DNA of 64,000 bases, from contig JBBDZC010000003.1 of the NCBI GenBank assembly GCA_040900375.1, positions 64,586 through 128,585 of the forward strand. Direction: 5' to 3'. The DNA comes from Candidatus Anderseniibacteriota bacterium. GTDB taxonomy: Bacteria; Patescibacteriota; Andersenbacteria; UBA10190. How positions within the stretch are numbered: the stretch's first letter is position 1; the number at the start of each line of letters is the position of its first letter. The notes below the pieces were generated by a model. It was not told the origin of the DNA, ran no database searches, and worked only from the letters and a program-made list of their open reading frames with translations. Made by a program: the position numbers and the translations under genes. This document shows, in pieces, positions 29,567 through 38,598 of the stretch.

Positions 29567-30522
29567 GATCACACACCGCGCGAGCACTGCTGCGGCGTGG
29601 CGACCAGGTTACGCTGCTCGATGATTTTAATGATCGGTATGATCCTCGTTTGAAAGAAGCACGCATCAAGCACATGTTTACTGGCGTGCCCGCTCCCGAT
29701 CTTGTACGGGGGGACATTCGCGACCGGAAATTACTGGAAAAGTATTTTTCACAGCAAAAATTTGATCAAGTCATTCACCTGGCCGCCTGGGCATCGGTGC
29801 AGCCGAGTATTGAAAATCCTTATATTTACACCGAGGTAAATGTTGACGGAACGGTAAATATTCTCGAAATGTGCCGACAGTATGGTGTTAAAAACCTTAT
29901 TTTTGCCTCTTCATCCTCTGTGTACGGCGGTCAGAAGGAAGTACCCTTTCGAGAAGATGCCAACGTTTCAAACCCGCTCTCTCCATACGCTGCTACAAAA
30001 GCAGCTGGCGAGATCCTCTGTGCAACCTGGCATAATCTTTACGGTTTGCCAGTCTCGTGTCTGCGTTTCTTTACGGTCTATGGCCCCTGGGGCCGACCAG
30101 AGATGGCCATCTTCAAATTCACCGAGGCGATTCTCACCGGCCGACCAATTGAGATGCGAGGGAAGACGACAATGCGCGATTTTACCTATATTGATGATAT
30201 CGTACAAGGTGTTATTGGCGCGCTCGACCACCCGCATGGCTTCTCTATCTATAATCTCGGAGAAAATGATAGCGTATCACTACCACGGCTTATTTCCGGT
30301 CTCGAGTCGGCTCTGGGCAAAAAAGCAAACGTACAAGAAGTATCACTACCTGTCGGGGATATCCCGCGTACACTCGCGGATATTACTAAAGCCAGAAATG
30401 AACTGGGGTACAATCCTACCACCTCTATTGAAGAGGGGGTTAAAAAGTTTGTTGACTGGTATCAGCAGCAGTATGAGCCGCTCTTCTTGTCAATGAATGC
30501 GGGAGTGCCGCAATCAACGTAA
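29527..30522 (+). CDS. NAD-dependent epimerase, UDP-glucuronate 4-epimerase (CapI/WbnF-like) subfamily
   Basis: ITGGAGFIG, ASSSSVYG, SPYAATK, LRFFTVYGPWGRPEMA, RDFTYIDD. Start MSHIL at 29527. Confidence 0.88.
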   Translation: MSHILITGGAGFIGSHTARALLRRGDQVTLLDDFNDRYDPRLKEARIKHMFTGVPAPDLVRGDIRDRKLLEKYFSQQKFDQVIHLAAWASVQPSIENPYIYTEVNVDGTVNILEMCRQYGVKNLIFASSSSVYGGQKEVPFREDANVSNPLSPYAATKAAGEILCATWHNLYGLPVSCLRFFTVYGPWGRPEMAIFKFTEAILTGRPIEMRGKTTMRDFTYIDDIVQGVIGALDHPHGFSIYNLGENDSVSLPRLISGLESALGKKANVQEVSLPVGDIPRTLADITKARNELGYNPTTSIEEGVKKFVDWYQQQYEPLFLSMNAGVPQST

Positions 30523-31129
30523 GGACTGATAACCAGACACAGACTCGTGCCAGTTGCGGCAGAGGACTTTCTTGAAAATCGTCCACAAACAGCGCGGCTC
30601 GAGTTTTTTCTTCATATAAAATTAAACCTACGTCACCTTGCTTCTCGTTCTGTGCAATCCGATAGTTACCTTGGGCGTAGGCGGCATCAAATGATTCAGT
30701 AAAGAGACGTGGTGCGGTATCTTTTTGATTATGAGAGATCTCCCTACCGTCGAATTGTACTTCAATATTCCCATCCAAGAGTGCGGGGGGTGTAAGTAAG
30801 AATTCAGCTTCTACAATACCCATAGTATCAACAGGGCTCTGCCATTCCTGAACGAGATTTTCATTGCGCATGAGTCGCACGGTAATCGGCAAACTACCGC
30901 TCGAGATGTATATTGGAATACGTATTTTGTTCACTAAGGTAGGTTCTTCCATTTTTATCGTCTGCGTTACAATGAATTGCGCATAGACTGGCAAACCCAA
31001 TTCTGGTTCACGTGAAGCGTCAATCGCTACAGCGGGTTGTTCAACGAATTCTCGAAGTTGCCATATGCCGATACCGGCACTTACCACTACCAAGCAAGCG
31101 GAAATCATGGATAGGAAATACTGTTTCAT
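30440..31129 (-). CDS. Membrane-anchored protein: TM, beta-rich extracytoplasmic domain, TM
   Basis: N-terminal TM, domain ending YAQG...QGDVGL like the accessory domains of neighbouring GT-C proteins. Overlaps the convergent epimerase by 83 bp. Confidence 0.6.
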   Translation of the reverse strand: MKQYFLSMISACLVVVSAGIGIWQLREFVEQPAVAIDASREPELGLPVYAQFIVTQTIKMEEPTLVNKIRIPIYISSGSLPITVRLMRNENLVQEWQSPVDTMGIVEAEFLLTPPALLDGNIEVQFDGREISHNQKDTAPRLFTESFDAAYAQGNYRIAQNEKQGDVGLILYEEKTRAALFVDDFQESPLPQLARVCVWLSVLTLIAALPHSLTRRAAHTAADTSQQTF

Positions 31130-31275
31130 TTCTTTGCCTGACGATACGTGTAAAACCAAAAGACACTAAGAAGAATACCTAAACACGTTACCATAAGGCT
31201 CCATGTAATAACTATTGGTCGATACCATATGAGCAGCGTGGCAGGTTTATCAACGGCCAAAGAGACGCGTAGAAA
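31126..31275 (-). pseudogene. C-terminal remnant of a YfhO/GT-C-like membrane protein gene
   Basis: Frame reads FLRVSLAVDKPATLLIWYRPIVITWSLMVTCLGILLSVFWFYTYRQAKK*. Its TGA overlaps the ATG of 30440..31129. Confidence 0.5.
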
Positions 31276-31330
31276 TTATGCTCTCTAGGCGAGTAGGTAA
31301 GATATGCTAGTATGTTTGGTATCTAAATCT

Positions 31331-34213
31331 ATGTCGTTTCTTACGGCCAAAATTTTTCCATATTTTCTGCAAAACCGGGCGGGCTTAGCACTACTTTTCC
31401 TGACCTGGCTGATTTTTTTTAGCCCGCTTATTATTGGCGGCAAAGTTTACTTCTTGGATGACTTAAAGATCATCTATTATCCCCTCGAACAGGCATATGC
31501 CGAGGCACAAGCGGCTGGCACGTTGCCTCTCTGGAATAATGAATTTGGTTTTGGTCACCCCTTACTGGCGTGGGGACAATTAGGCTTCTTCACCCCGCTT
31601 CATCTCCTCCTGCGTGCGCTCCAGGTTCCGCCCCTATGGCTCTTGCAGATCTCGGTTGTCACCTACTATGCCGCAGGCTTGCTAGGAATGTTTGTCTGGC
31701 TCCGCCGCCGGGTTTCCAGTATGGCCGCCGCTCTTGGCAGTATTGTCTATGTTTTTTCCGGTTTTCACATTGGCCACTTAAACCACGTTAACTTTTACAC
31801 CGCCACGATGGTCTTGCCGTGGCTGATCTTGAGCCTCGATACCTTTATTGTCAGACCGACAATACGCAAGGCTTTGCTCGTCAGTAGCCTCGGCGCCATT
31901 ATGGCCTTGAGTGGCCAACCCCAGATTGTTCTGTATGCTGCGATTCTCACCGCTGTGATCGCCTTATTTCTGCTCGGTGAACAATGCTTACTTCGCCCCG
32001 CCCGCTCAACCTGGGCCATGAAGATTATCGGCTGGGGTTTGTTGTCAGTCGTGATTGCTCTAGCCTTGAGCAGTTTCGCTCTTCTGCCTCTTTATGAACT
32101 ACTGCCGCAAACCGAGCGCAACGATGCATTGCCTGAATCAGTCCTCTATGAATTTAGTTATCCTCCCTATCACGCTGTCACGCTCCTCTTGCCATACTTC
32201 TTTGGGGACCACGCACACTATTGGGGGCCGAAAGGCTTCCAAGAGTTAGCCGCCTATGTGGGCATCATCCCGCTCTTGCTCACCGGCTTGAGCGTCGCCA
32301 CGTGGTCAGATAAAAAAGCCCTGCGCTTAGGCGCCCTTACCCTCCTGATTATCAGTATCAGCTTTGCGCTGGGCCGCTACTCACCGCTCTACGTTTGGCT
32401 CGTGCAACAAAAGTTCCTGACGTCACTAGCTGTGCCTGGCCGATTCGTATTCTTCTTTGATTTTGCCATCGTCCTCTTAAGCGCCATAGGCCTCGATGAC
32501 CTGCTGCGGTTGCCGCAGCGTTCCCGAAAACAACGACTCATCAGCATAGGCTTAAGCTTAATCGTTATTAGTATCTTGATGGCGCCTTTGTTGATCCAGA
32601 TCCAGACCGACACCCGGCTCTATGAGCGCTTGCTAGAGTTAGTCGCCAGTGGTGATAGCCACGGCATCCTCGCCCTCCTCGGCCTTGTTCTCTTCTTCGC
32701 TGCCCTAGCTATCATTACACTTAAGCCACGCTACCAACAACACGCGCAGTTTGCTCTGTTGTCCATCGCGGCTCTAACCTTAATCGTCTTAGGTTGGCAC
32801 TACAATCCCCGTGTTGACCGCACCGTCGCCACTACGCCGTCGCCTTTTACTCGCCACCTGGAACAATATCGTGCGGAGACTGGCCTTCCCGCCCGTCTTT
32901 ACAGTGCCGAAAGTATTCTGGCCAAGCTGCCAACTAATGTTAGCATCCGGGCGACCGAGCGCATCTCTCCCAGCTTTACCGTTCACCAGTTAATCAAAGT
33001 ACGTAAAGAAAACCTTTCCTGTCTGCAAATCCCGGTACAGGTGAACCATCGCTTTGCCGGCACGGTTCACATTACGCTACGTGAAGATTTTACTACCCCC
33101 ATCCTCCAAGCCTATGATTTCCCGCCGGATAAGCTCTCCGGGGAACAACCTCTTGAACTCTGCTTCCCCATTTTAGCCGCGAGTGTAGGCAAAACATTTG
33201 TGCTTTCCTTCGCCAGCGAACTGCCAAGCCCGCTGGAACTCTCCTACACTTCATATAACCAAGAAGAGGAACCCGCTTACTTTGTACGTGTGGCTAACCC
33301 TACCCCAGAACAACTGCGCAACTCAAAAAAGCAAGCGCAAATTATATTTACTTCCTTTTATCCGCACACAGGTGACCTCGAAGCAACACTCCTTGCCCGC
33401 CACCTCAATGTCACGGCCGGTGCCTCAAGCGCGCGGTGGATTGGCGCCCTGTCGCTGGGCAACTACCGCGCTTTTATTGAGCACTTCTTTGCCAATGACC
33501 GTGAGCCATTCGATGGTGACGGTATTCATGCTCTCGTTAGCTTCCGCCACATTTTAAACATGGCCGGCGTCACCCACCTGATTCAGTCGCTGCCGCTCGG
33601 CGCCGACGACAGCCTCCTAGAAACTGGTTACACGCTCCTCGCCAAGTATGATTACGGACCAAAAGAGGTGCGGCTCTACCGCAATCCCAGTGCCTTTCCT
33701 AAAGCTTTTCTAGTCAACCGAGCAATCTTTAAACCAGCCGCGGACGAGACGCGCTACGCCATGCAATATGAACCGTATGATCCCCAAGAGCTCGTGTATA
33801 TTGACGGGCCAACCCCGCCAACCGAACTTAGCCCTAGTACCTCTCTGCCCGCCGCCGGCACGGTTAAACTCCTCTCGTACACTCCCCGGCAAGTTGAGGT
33901 CGAGGTCAATACTAGCCAGCCCGCTTTCTTAGTCGTCAGCGACAGCACGACTCCCCAATGGCAAACATTTATTGATAACCAGCCGGCTCCTTATTTCCGC
34001 GCTAACTCAATTTTTAAAGCCGCCCAAGTCTCGAGCGGCAATCACATAGTGTCTTTTCGTTACTTTTCTCCTGCCGTGGCCGCCGCCCAGATCATCACGC
34101 TGGTAGCAATTGGGATCACCCTTTTGCTGGCGCTGCTTCCCAGTTTAGGTAGGTGGTACTGGCGCAGACAGGCAGCAGCAATCAAAGCAAAGCCTCGTGA
34201 TACTTCACTGTAG
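31331..34213 (+). CDS. YfhO-family GT-C membrane glycosyltransferase
   Basis: FLDDLKIIYYP, LPLWNNEFGFGHPLLA, AYVGIIPL, PGRF, YRNPSAFPKAF, PQWQTFID, RANSIFKA. ORF-track start is 31304. Confidence 0.85.
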   Translation: MSFLTAKIFPYFLQNRAGLALLFLTWLIFFSPLIIGGKVYFLDDLKIIYYPLEQAYAEAQAAGTLPLWNNEFGFGHPLLAWGQLGFFTPLHLLLRALQVPPLWLLQISVVTYYAAGLLGMFVWLRRRVSSMAAALGSIVYVFSGFHIGHLNHVNFYTATMVLPWLILSLDTFIVRPTIRKALLVSSLGAIMALSGQPQIVLYAAILTAVIALFLLGEQCLLRPARSTWAMKIIGWGLLSVVIALALSSFALLPLYELLPQTERNDALPESVLYEFSYPPYHAVTLLLPYFFGDHAHYWGPKGFQELAAYVGIIPLLLTGLSVATWSDKKALRLGALTLLIISISFALGRYSPLYVWLVQQKFLTSLAVPGRFVFFFDFAIVLLSAIGLDDLLRLPQRSRKQRLISIGLSLIVISILMAPLLIQIQTDTRLYERLLELVASGDSHGILALLGLVLFFAALAIITLKPRYQQHAQFALLSIAALTLIVLGWHYNPRVDRTVATTPSPFTRHLEQYRAETGLPARLYSAESILAKLPTNVSIRATERISPSFTVHQLIKVRKENLSCLQIPVQVNHRFAGTVHITLREDFTTPILQAYDFPPDKLSGEQPLELCFPILAASVGKTFVLSFASELPSPLELSYTSYNQEEEPAYFVRVANPTPEQLRNSKKQAQIIFTSFYPHTGDLEATLLARHLNVTAGASSARWIGALSLGNYRAFIEHFFANDREPFDGDGIHALVSFRHILNMAGVTHLIQSLPLGADDSLLETGYTLLAKYDYGPKEVRLYRNPSAFPKAFLVNRAIFKPAADETRYAMQYEPYDPQELVYIDGPTPPTELSPSTSLPAAGTVKLLSYTPRQVEVEVNTSQPAFLVVSDSTTPQWQTFIDNQPAPYFRANSIFKAAQVSSGNHIVSFRYFSPAVAAAQIITLVAIGITLLLALLPSLGRWYWRRQAAAIKAKPRDTSL

Positions 34214-36319
34214 TAGGCGGTCGTCCTCTTCGGTGGCCTCCTGACTGCCTCGTAAATACCGCAAACGGATCGCTAGGTCGCCTGGCTTCTGCGCGGCAGC
34301 GGGAAAAGATGCGTCCGCGCTAATAAGCATGTTTGTTGGCCGATAATTAAAATCTCTCGCGTAGCGCAAGGTAGGCGCTTGCCCTAGTGTAGTTCCTTCT
34401 GCCTGGATCTCCACAAATACTTCCTGTCCTTTGAGTGATAATGTTTGCGGCAAACGAAGAGTGAGCCAGCGATTATCTTCTAGATCTGACACGGGTAGCT
34501 GCCACTCATAAATAATAGGCGCGAGTGGTCCGGCTTTCAATTTGACGATCAGCATGCCGCTCGTGGCTTTACCGCTATATGTCGCGAGCAAAAGATCGAG
34601 GCCAAGTAGCTCATCATACTCGATCATTACTACCTGGCCCACATGAAGACCTGGCACTAATTCTCCCACAACTTGCTCATAGACACGCTTCTCATACACC
34701 CAGGCAAACTCCTTGCCGGCAACATGGGCGACAAACACTGGTACTTTCTTTTTGAAGTATTCATCAATAAAGTTATTCGCATAGTGATCAGGTTCCCGCC
34801 CAAACATATTGCGGTAGACAACGATAAAACGAACCCTCCCCTGTTCATGCGCATTGATGTGAGCCACGTGCGCCGTCGTATATGTTCCCAGCTCCTCGGG
34901 ATACCACGAGGCAACGACTGCCTCTGGAGCATGAGCATCCAGCCACGCTCCCACTTGTTCCAAACCTTCACCCCAGCCTAGTTCTTGGCTCAAGTTGTCA
35001 GCAAACAGTGGATTACTATAGGCAATGGCATAAGGATGATACACATAAACCTGGCTGGCTAAGTAACCCACAACAACAATCGGCAAGATGAGATAAGCAG
35101 TAAGCAGCCACGATCTGGTTGCCGCTGTCCACTTTTCGGCAACTATGCTGCCCACGATCTTGGCTGCCATCACAATACCGGCAGCGGCGATCAGGTTGAG
35201 TGCCGGCCAGATCGGCAGAATGTAGCGGTCGCCCTTTTTTGCTCCCAAGGTCATCATGATGACGAAAAAAACAATGTAGGCTAATAATAACCAGAGAGTA
35301 GCGGTGGAGATAGCTAACGCTGTTGGTTGCCCCCGGCGGGCCCTGTTTGTCTGCCAAAGTATCACCCCTATAAAGAAAATCACAAAAATGTGAAGGACGG
35401 GGTTGACACGTGTTACCAAAGTAAAGAGATAGTGAGTCGGATTTAAAGTGTAGTCTTCAACCATGTGGTGAGGGGTCAGTGCCGCTCGTCCCAGATCGCG
35501 TTTTAGAACCAAAACATTTCCTTGCGGATCAGGAACCCACAAAATCGCGGGCCAAATGGTGACAAACATAACCACGACAATCAGCAACCACAAACCAAAA
35601 TCACGTAGCCTTTTCTTAAATTTTAGCCATGAGCGCATAGTGACTCCATCCGTTATGACAGCCAGCCAAAAAAACGGCACCATAAAAACCGCGGGTGCTT
35701 TCGTGAGCACTGCCAGACCAGTCAATACTGCCGAGATCACCAGGAAGCGGCGCGCAAAGTGTGACTGTCGGTAAATAATAGTCGCCAGTACAGCCGCAAA
35801 TAAAAAGTGAGCCAGGAGCGCGTCAACATGGGCCACCCGAGAATAACCAATTAAGAACGGATCAAGGGCTATCATCAGCGTTCCCAATAAGGCTACGGAG
35901 CGGTTCCCCAACAGACGCCGCAGCAGGATATAGGTTACGGCAATAAGGAAAGTGATTACTAGAGCTACTGAAAATTGCGCCGCCGTTACAAAGTAAATAA
36001 GGCTAGCAAACGAAAAAGGCACGCCTACGAAAAACATTTTGATCATGACTGCCCCCCCAATGAGCCACAGTGCCGTGACACCCGGATGAGTGGTCTGGAG
36101 CATGTCATTGAACCGAAAATCTTTAAAAGCTTGAATAAACTCATACGAACGGCCAATCCAATTCTTTTCGTCAGCAGTTAAAAATAGGCCCAGATCAAGC
36201 AGCCGTGGCAGCCCGGCTACAACCAGAAGCACGCCGATAATAAATATGTCGACGCGGTACTGATGGAACCAAGCCCCTACAGTATTTTTATTTATTCGCA
36301 TAGGCGCCAAGGTACGCAT
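34205..36319 (-). CDS. PMT/ArnT-like (GT39/83) GT-C glycosyltransferase with C-terminal beta domain
   Basis: LTADEKNW, THPGVT, HVDALL, LAVLTK, KKGDRY, GWGEGL. Confidence 0.82.
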   Translation of the reverse strand: MRTLAPMRINKNTVGAWFHQYRVDIFIIGVLLVVAGLPRLLDLGLFLTADEKNWIGRSYEFIQAFKDFRFNDMLQTTHPGVTALWLIGGAVMIKMFFVGVPFSFASLIYFVTAAQFSVALVITFLIAVTYILLRRLLGNRSVALLGTLMIALDPFLIGYSRVAHVDALLAHFLFAAVLATIIYRQSHFARRFLVISAVLTGLAVLTKAPAVFMVPFFWLAVITDGVTMRSWLKFKKRLRDFGLWLLIVVVMFVTIWPAILWVPDPQGNVLVLKRDLGRAALTPHHMVEDYTLNPTHYLFTLVTRVNPVLHIFVIFFIGVILWQTNRARRGQPTALAISTATLWLLLAYIVFFVIMMTLGAKKGDRYILPIWPALNLIAAAGIVMAAKIVGSIVAEKWTAATRSWLLTAYLILPIVVVGYLASQVYVYHPYAIAYSNPLFADNLSQELGWGEGLEQVGAWLDAHAPEAVVASWYPEELGTYTTAHVAHINAHEQGRVRFIVVYRNMFGREPDHYANNFIDEYFKKKVPVFVAHVAGKEFAWVYEKRVYEQVVGELVPGLHVGQVVMIEYDELLGLDLLLATYSGKATSGMLIVKLKAGPLAPIIYEWQLPVSDLEDNRWLTLRLPQTLSLKGQEVFVEIQAEGTTLGQAPTLRYARDFNYRPTNMLISADASFPAAAQKPGDLAIRLRYLRGSQEATEEDDRLLQ

Positions 36320-36352
36320 GCAGACACGTTATTCTCTCTAAACTAGAAATGC

Positions 36353-36538
36353 AATGGAGCCGCCCCCGCTAGGTTACGCGGGGTATCCCAACTTTGCCCA
36401 AGCTTCGCTCTCGCGAGACAGGGTGGCTACATTGCCCAAGGAGTTGGCCCTGCCTGCCGGCAGACATGGTCCGCCAATTCTTCTTTCAGAACCCCTTCTA
36501 TCTCCGCTACAAGCGGCGGGATTTACGGGGTGCAATAA
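36353..36538 (+). repeat. Structured intergenic repeat, copy 1 (multi-hairpin, with a nested CCTGCCTGCCGGCAGACA palindrome)
   Basis: Aligns end to end with 40044..40204: GCCGCCCCCGCTAGGTTACGCGGGGTATCC...GGCGGGATTTACGGGG. Confidence 0.9.
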
Positions 36539-36540
36539 AT

Positions 36541-36972
36541 CTACTGCATTTCCCCTGGCTCTCGCTCGAGCTGCCCCGTGCAACTAAAAGTGCCGCCGCA
36601 GACATCGTAAAATGTCTGTTCCCTCTCCCGCACAACCCGGTAATAAAAATTGTGGCCTTCTTCATAATCAAAGTCTGCCCTCGGCTCTGCCTTATTTTCT
36701 AATGGGGCCCGCACATACCAACCAAGGGCGCCGCTAGTATCGGCCGTCATAATGACATACTGGTAGGGTGCGGGTGGAGTAAACGTCAGGGGATAGGTCT
36801 CGTGCTGGTTAAAATACATTTCTAATTCCCGTTTCAAGCCCGCTACGTCTTCTCGCCGCTGTCCATCACGTCGCTCTCGCCGCGCATGCTGCAGCGACGG
36901 TACCACCATACCTATCACTAGCATAACGAGCAGAGCGACTACCCCTATTTCTTTAAGCGCGCGAGTATTCAT
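36541..36972 (-). CDS. Type IV pilin/pseudopilin-like protein with a degenerate prepilin cleavage site
   Basis: Hydrophobic N-helix, then PSLQHARRERRDGQRREDV...LEMYFNQHETYP (pilin ARxxARDxxRxxD...LExY...YP pattern), plus a C-terminal Cys pair. Confidence 0.75.
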   Translation of the reverse strand: MNTRALKEIGVVALLVMLVIGMVVPSLQHARRERRDGQRREDVAGLKRELEMYFNQHETYPLTFTPPAPYQYVIMTADTSGALGWYVRAPLENKAEPRADFDYEEGHNFYYRVVREREQTFYDVCGGTFSCTGQLEREPGEMQ

Positions 36973-37014
36973 AATCTCTTCAATAGTATACCCAGGTCAG
37001 AGTATAGTGCAGGC

Positions 37015-38598
37015 ATGCACCGGAACACAGAAAAGATAGCGATTATTATCGGACTGCTAGCCATGATTATCGCGCCGCGGATCTTTGACCTCGATGCCTT
37101 CCTCACCGCTGACGAAAAACGGTGGGTCGCCAACACTAATGGTTTTGTGATGAAGCTGGCTGCTCGGCAGTGGGACAATCTATTGCAACAACCCCATCCT
37201 GGTATCACGACCCAGTGGTTTGGTGCGCCCACTATTTTTTCGGACTCATGGACAATACGCAAGTTACCTCTAGTTTTGGCCCAAAGCATATTAGTCCTTC
37301 TCATCGGCTATATTTTTTGGCGACTATGGGGAACCCTCCCGGCCATCCTGCTGACTCTACTCCTTGGTCTTAATCCTCCCCTGGTTGCTCACACTCGCGT
37401 TTATGCCATGGATTCTCTCTTGGCTTTATTTTTGCTCTTGTCCCTTGGGTGCTTACTCACCTGGAAAAAATATCAGCAATGGCAGTACCTGGTTTTTGCG
37501 GCGGGGGCGGCAGCGGCAGCTATCCTCTCAAAACTGCCCGGAATTTTGATCCTGCCGTTTACTCTATTATTTCTTCTGTGGCACGCTCTCTCCACTAGAC
37601 GTTATCGCCACACATTGCGAGCGCTCGCTCTATGGAGCCTCATATTGCTCACCAGCCTCGTCTTAATTCTTCCTTCGTTGGCGACAAATACACAAAATGT
37701 CATCAACGAATTCCGCAGCTTCTTTGACTCGGATGACTATCAGGAACTACACCAAGAAGAACCCACCTACTACCTGCGCTCGTTGATCTTTTTCTCTACT
37801 CCCCTTCAATTGTTCTCCCTCGTTTTACTGCCGCTGACTGCTATCTGGCTTTACTACCGCCAGGTGGTACCAAAAACACAGATTTCACGGGCGGAAGCAA
37901 TCTGGCTCATACTGTTCGGTATCAGCTTCGTCGCTATGATGAGCCAGGGTCTAAAAAAAGGCGACCGCTACGTTTTGCCCGCTTTTCTTATATGGGATAC
38001 CGTCGTAGTTATAACAGTTTGGTGGTTATTGACCATTATTCGGCATGATGTTTTCCAGCTTACCAGTTTGCTTAGAATCAACAAACAAGCGGGTGACGCG
38101 CCGGGGGACCCGACCCCAAAGCATCATTCATCACATCTTGCAGCAAACTACCTACCCACTCTCTGGATCGGCGGGGTGGTGCTTATGCTCATCCTGCAGG
38201 CTGCTACCCTCTGGCAGCTCCATCCCTATGCTTTAGCCTATGTCAATCCTCTGACTAAACCCTTCTTCGGCGAACGCCGTTTAGGCTGGGGTGAGGGTTT
38301 AGATCTAGCCGCCTTATATCTTGGCGCTCAACCTGATAGCAAGCACTTAAAAGTGGCGGCTTACTATCCCATTGAATTCTCACTGCATTTTCCTGGCGAA
38401 GTCGTACCGGCCCATCAACATGAGCATGAGAGTGTTGACTACATAGTCCTCTACCGGGCGATGTATGAACGAGGCCCCCAAGCTTGGGAAACCGATGTTT
38501 TGCAGTATTATAAAGACAAGACCCCAGAAAAAGTGATCAGTTTAAACGGCATTGAGTACGTGTGGATTTATTCGCAGTCACCAAGTAGTCATGATTAG
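37015..38598 (+). CDS. PMT/ArnT-like (GT39/83) GT-C glycosyltransferase
   Basis: LTADEKRW, PHPGIT, KKGDRY, GWGEGL. Lacks the C-terminal beta domain found in its paralogs. Confidence 0.82.
   Translation: MHRNTEKIAIIIGLLAMIIAPRIFDLDAFLTADEKRWVANTNGFVMKLAARQWDNLLQQPHPGITTQWFGAPTIFSDSWTIRKLPLVLAQSILVLLIGYIFWRLWGTLPAILLTLLLGLNPPLVAHTRVYAMDSLLALFLLLSLGCLLTWKKYQQWQYLVFAAGAAAAAILSKLPGILILPFTLLFLLWHALSTRRYRHTLRALALWSLILLTSLVLILPSLATNTQNVINEFRSFFDSDDYQELHQEEPTYYLRSLIFFSTPLQLFSLVLLPLTAIWLYYRQVVPKTQISRAEAIWLILFGISFVAMMSQGLKKGDRYVLPAFLIWDTVVVITVWWLLTIIRHDVFQLTSLLRINKQAGDAPGDPTPKHHSSHLAANYLPTLWIGGVVLMLILQAATLWQLHPYALAYVNPLTKPFFGERRLGWGEGLDLAALYLGAQPDSKHLKVAAYYPIEFSLHFPGEVVPAHQHEHESVDYIVLYRAMYERGPQAWETDVLQYYKDKTPEKVISLNGIEYVWIYSQSPSSHD

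Noticed and set aside
36354-36702. ORFs 36354..36587, 36374..36583 and 36394..36702
   Set aside because: They are read-throughs of the GC-rich structured repeat; copy 2 differs by indels and no protein motifs are visible.
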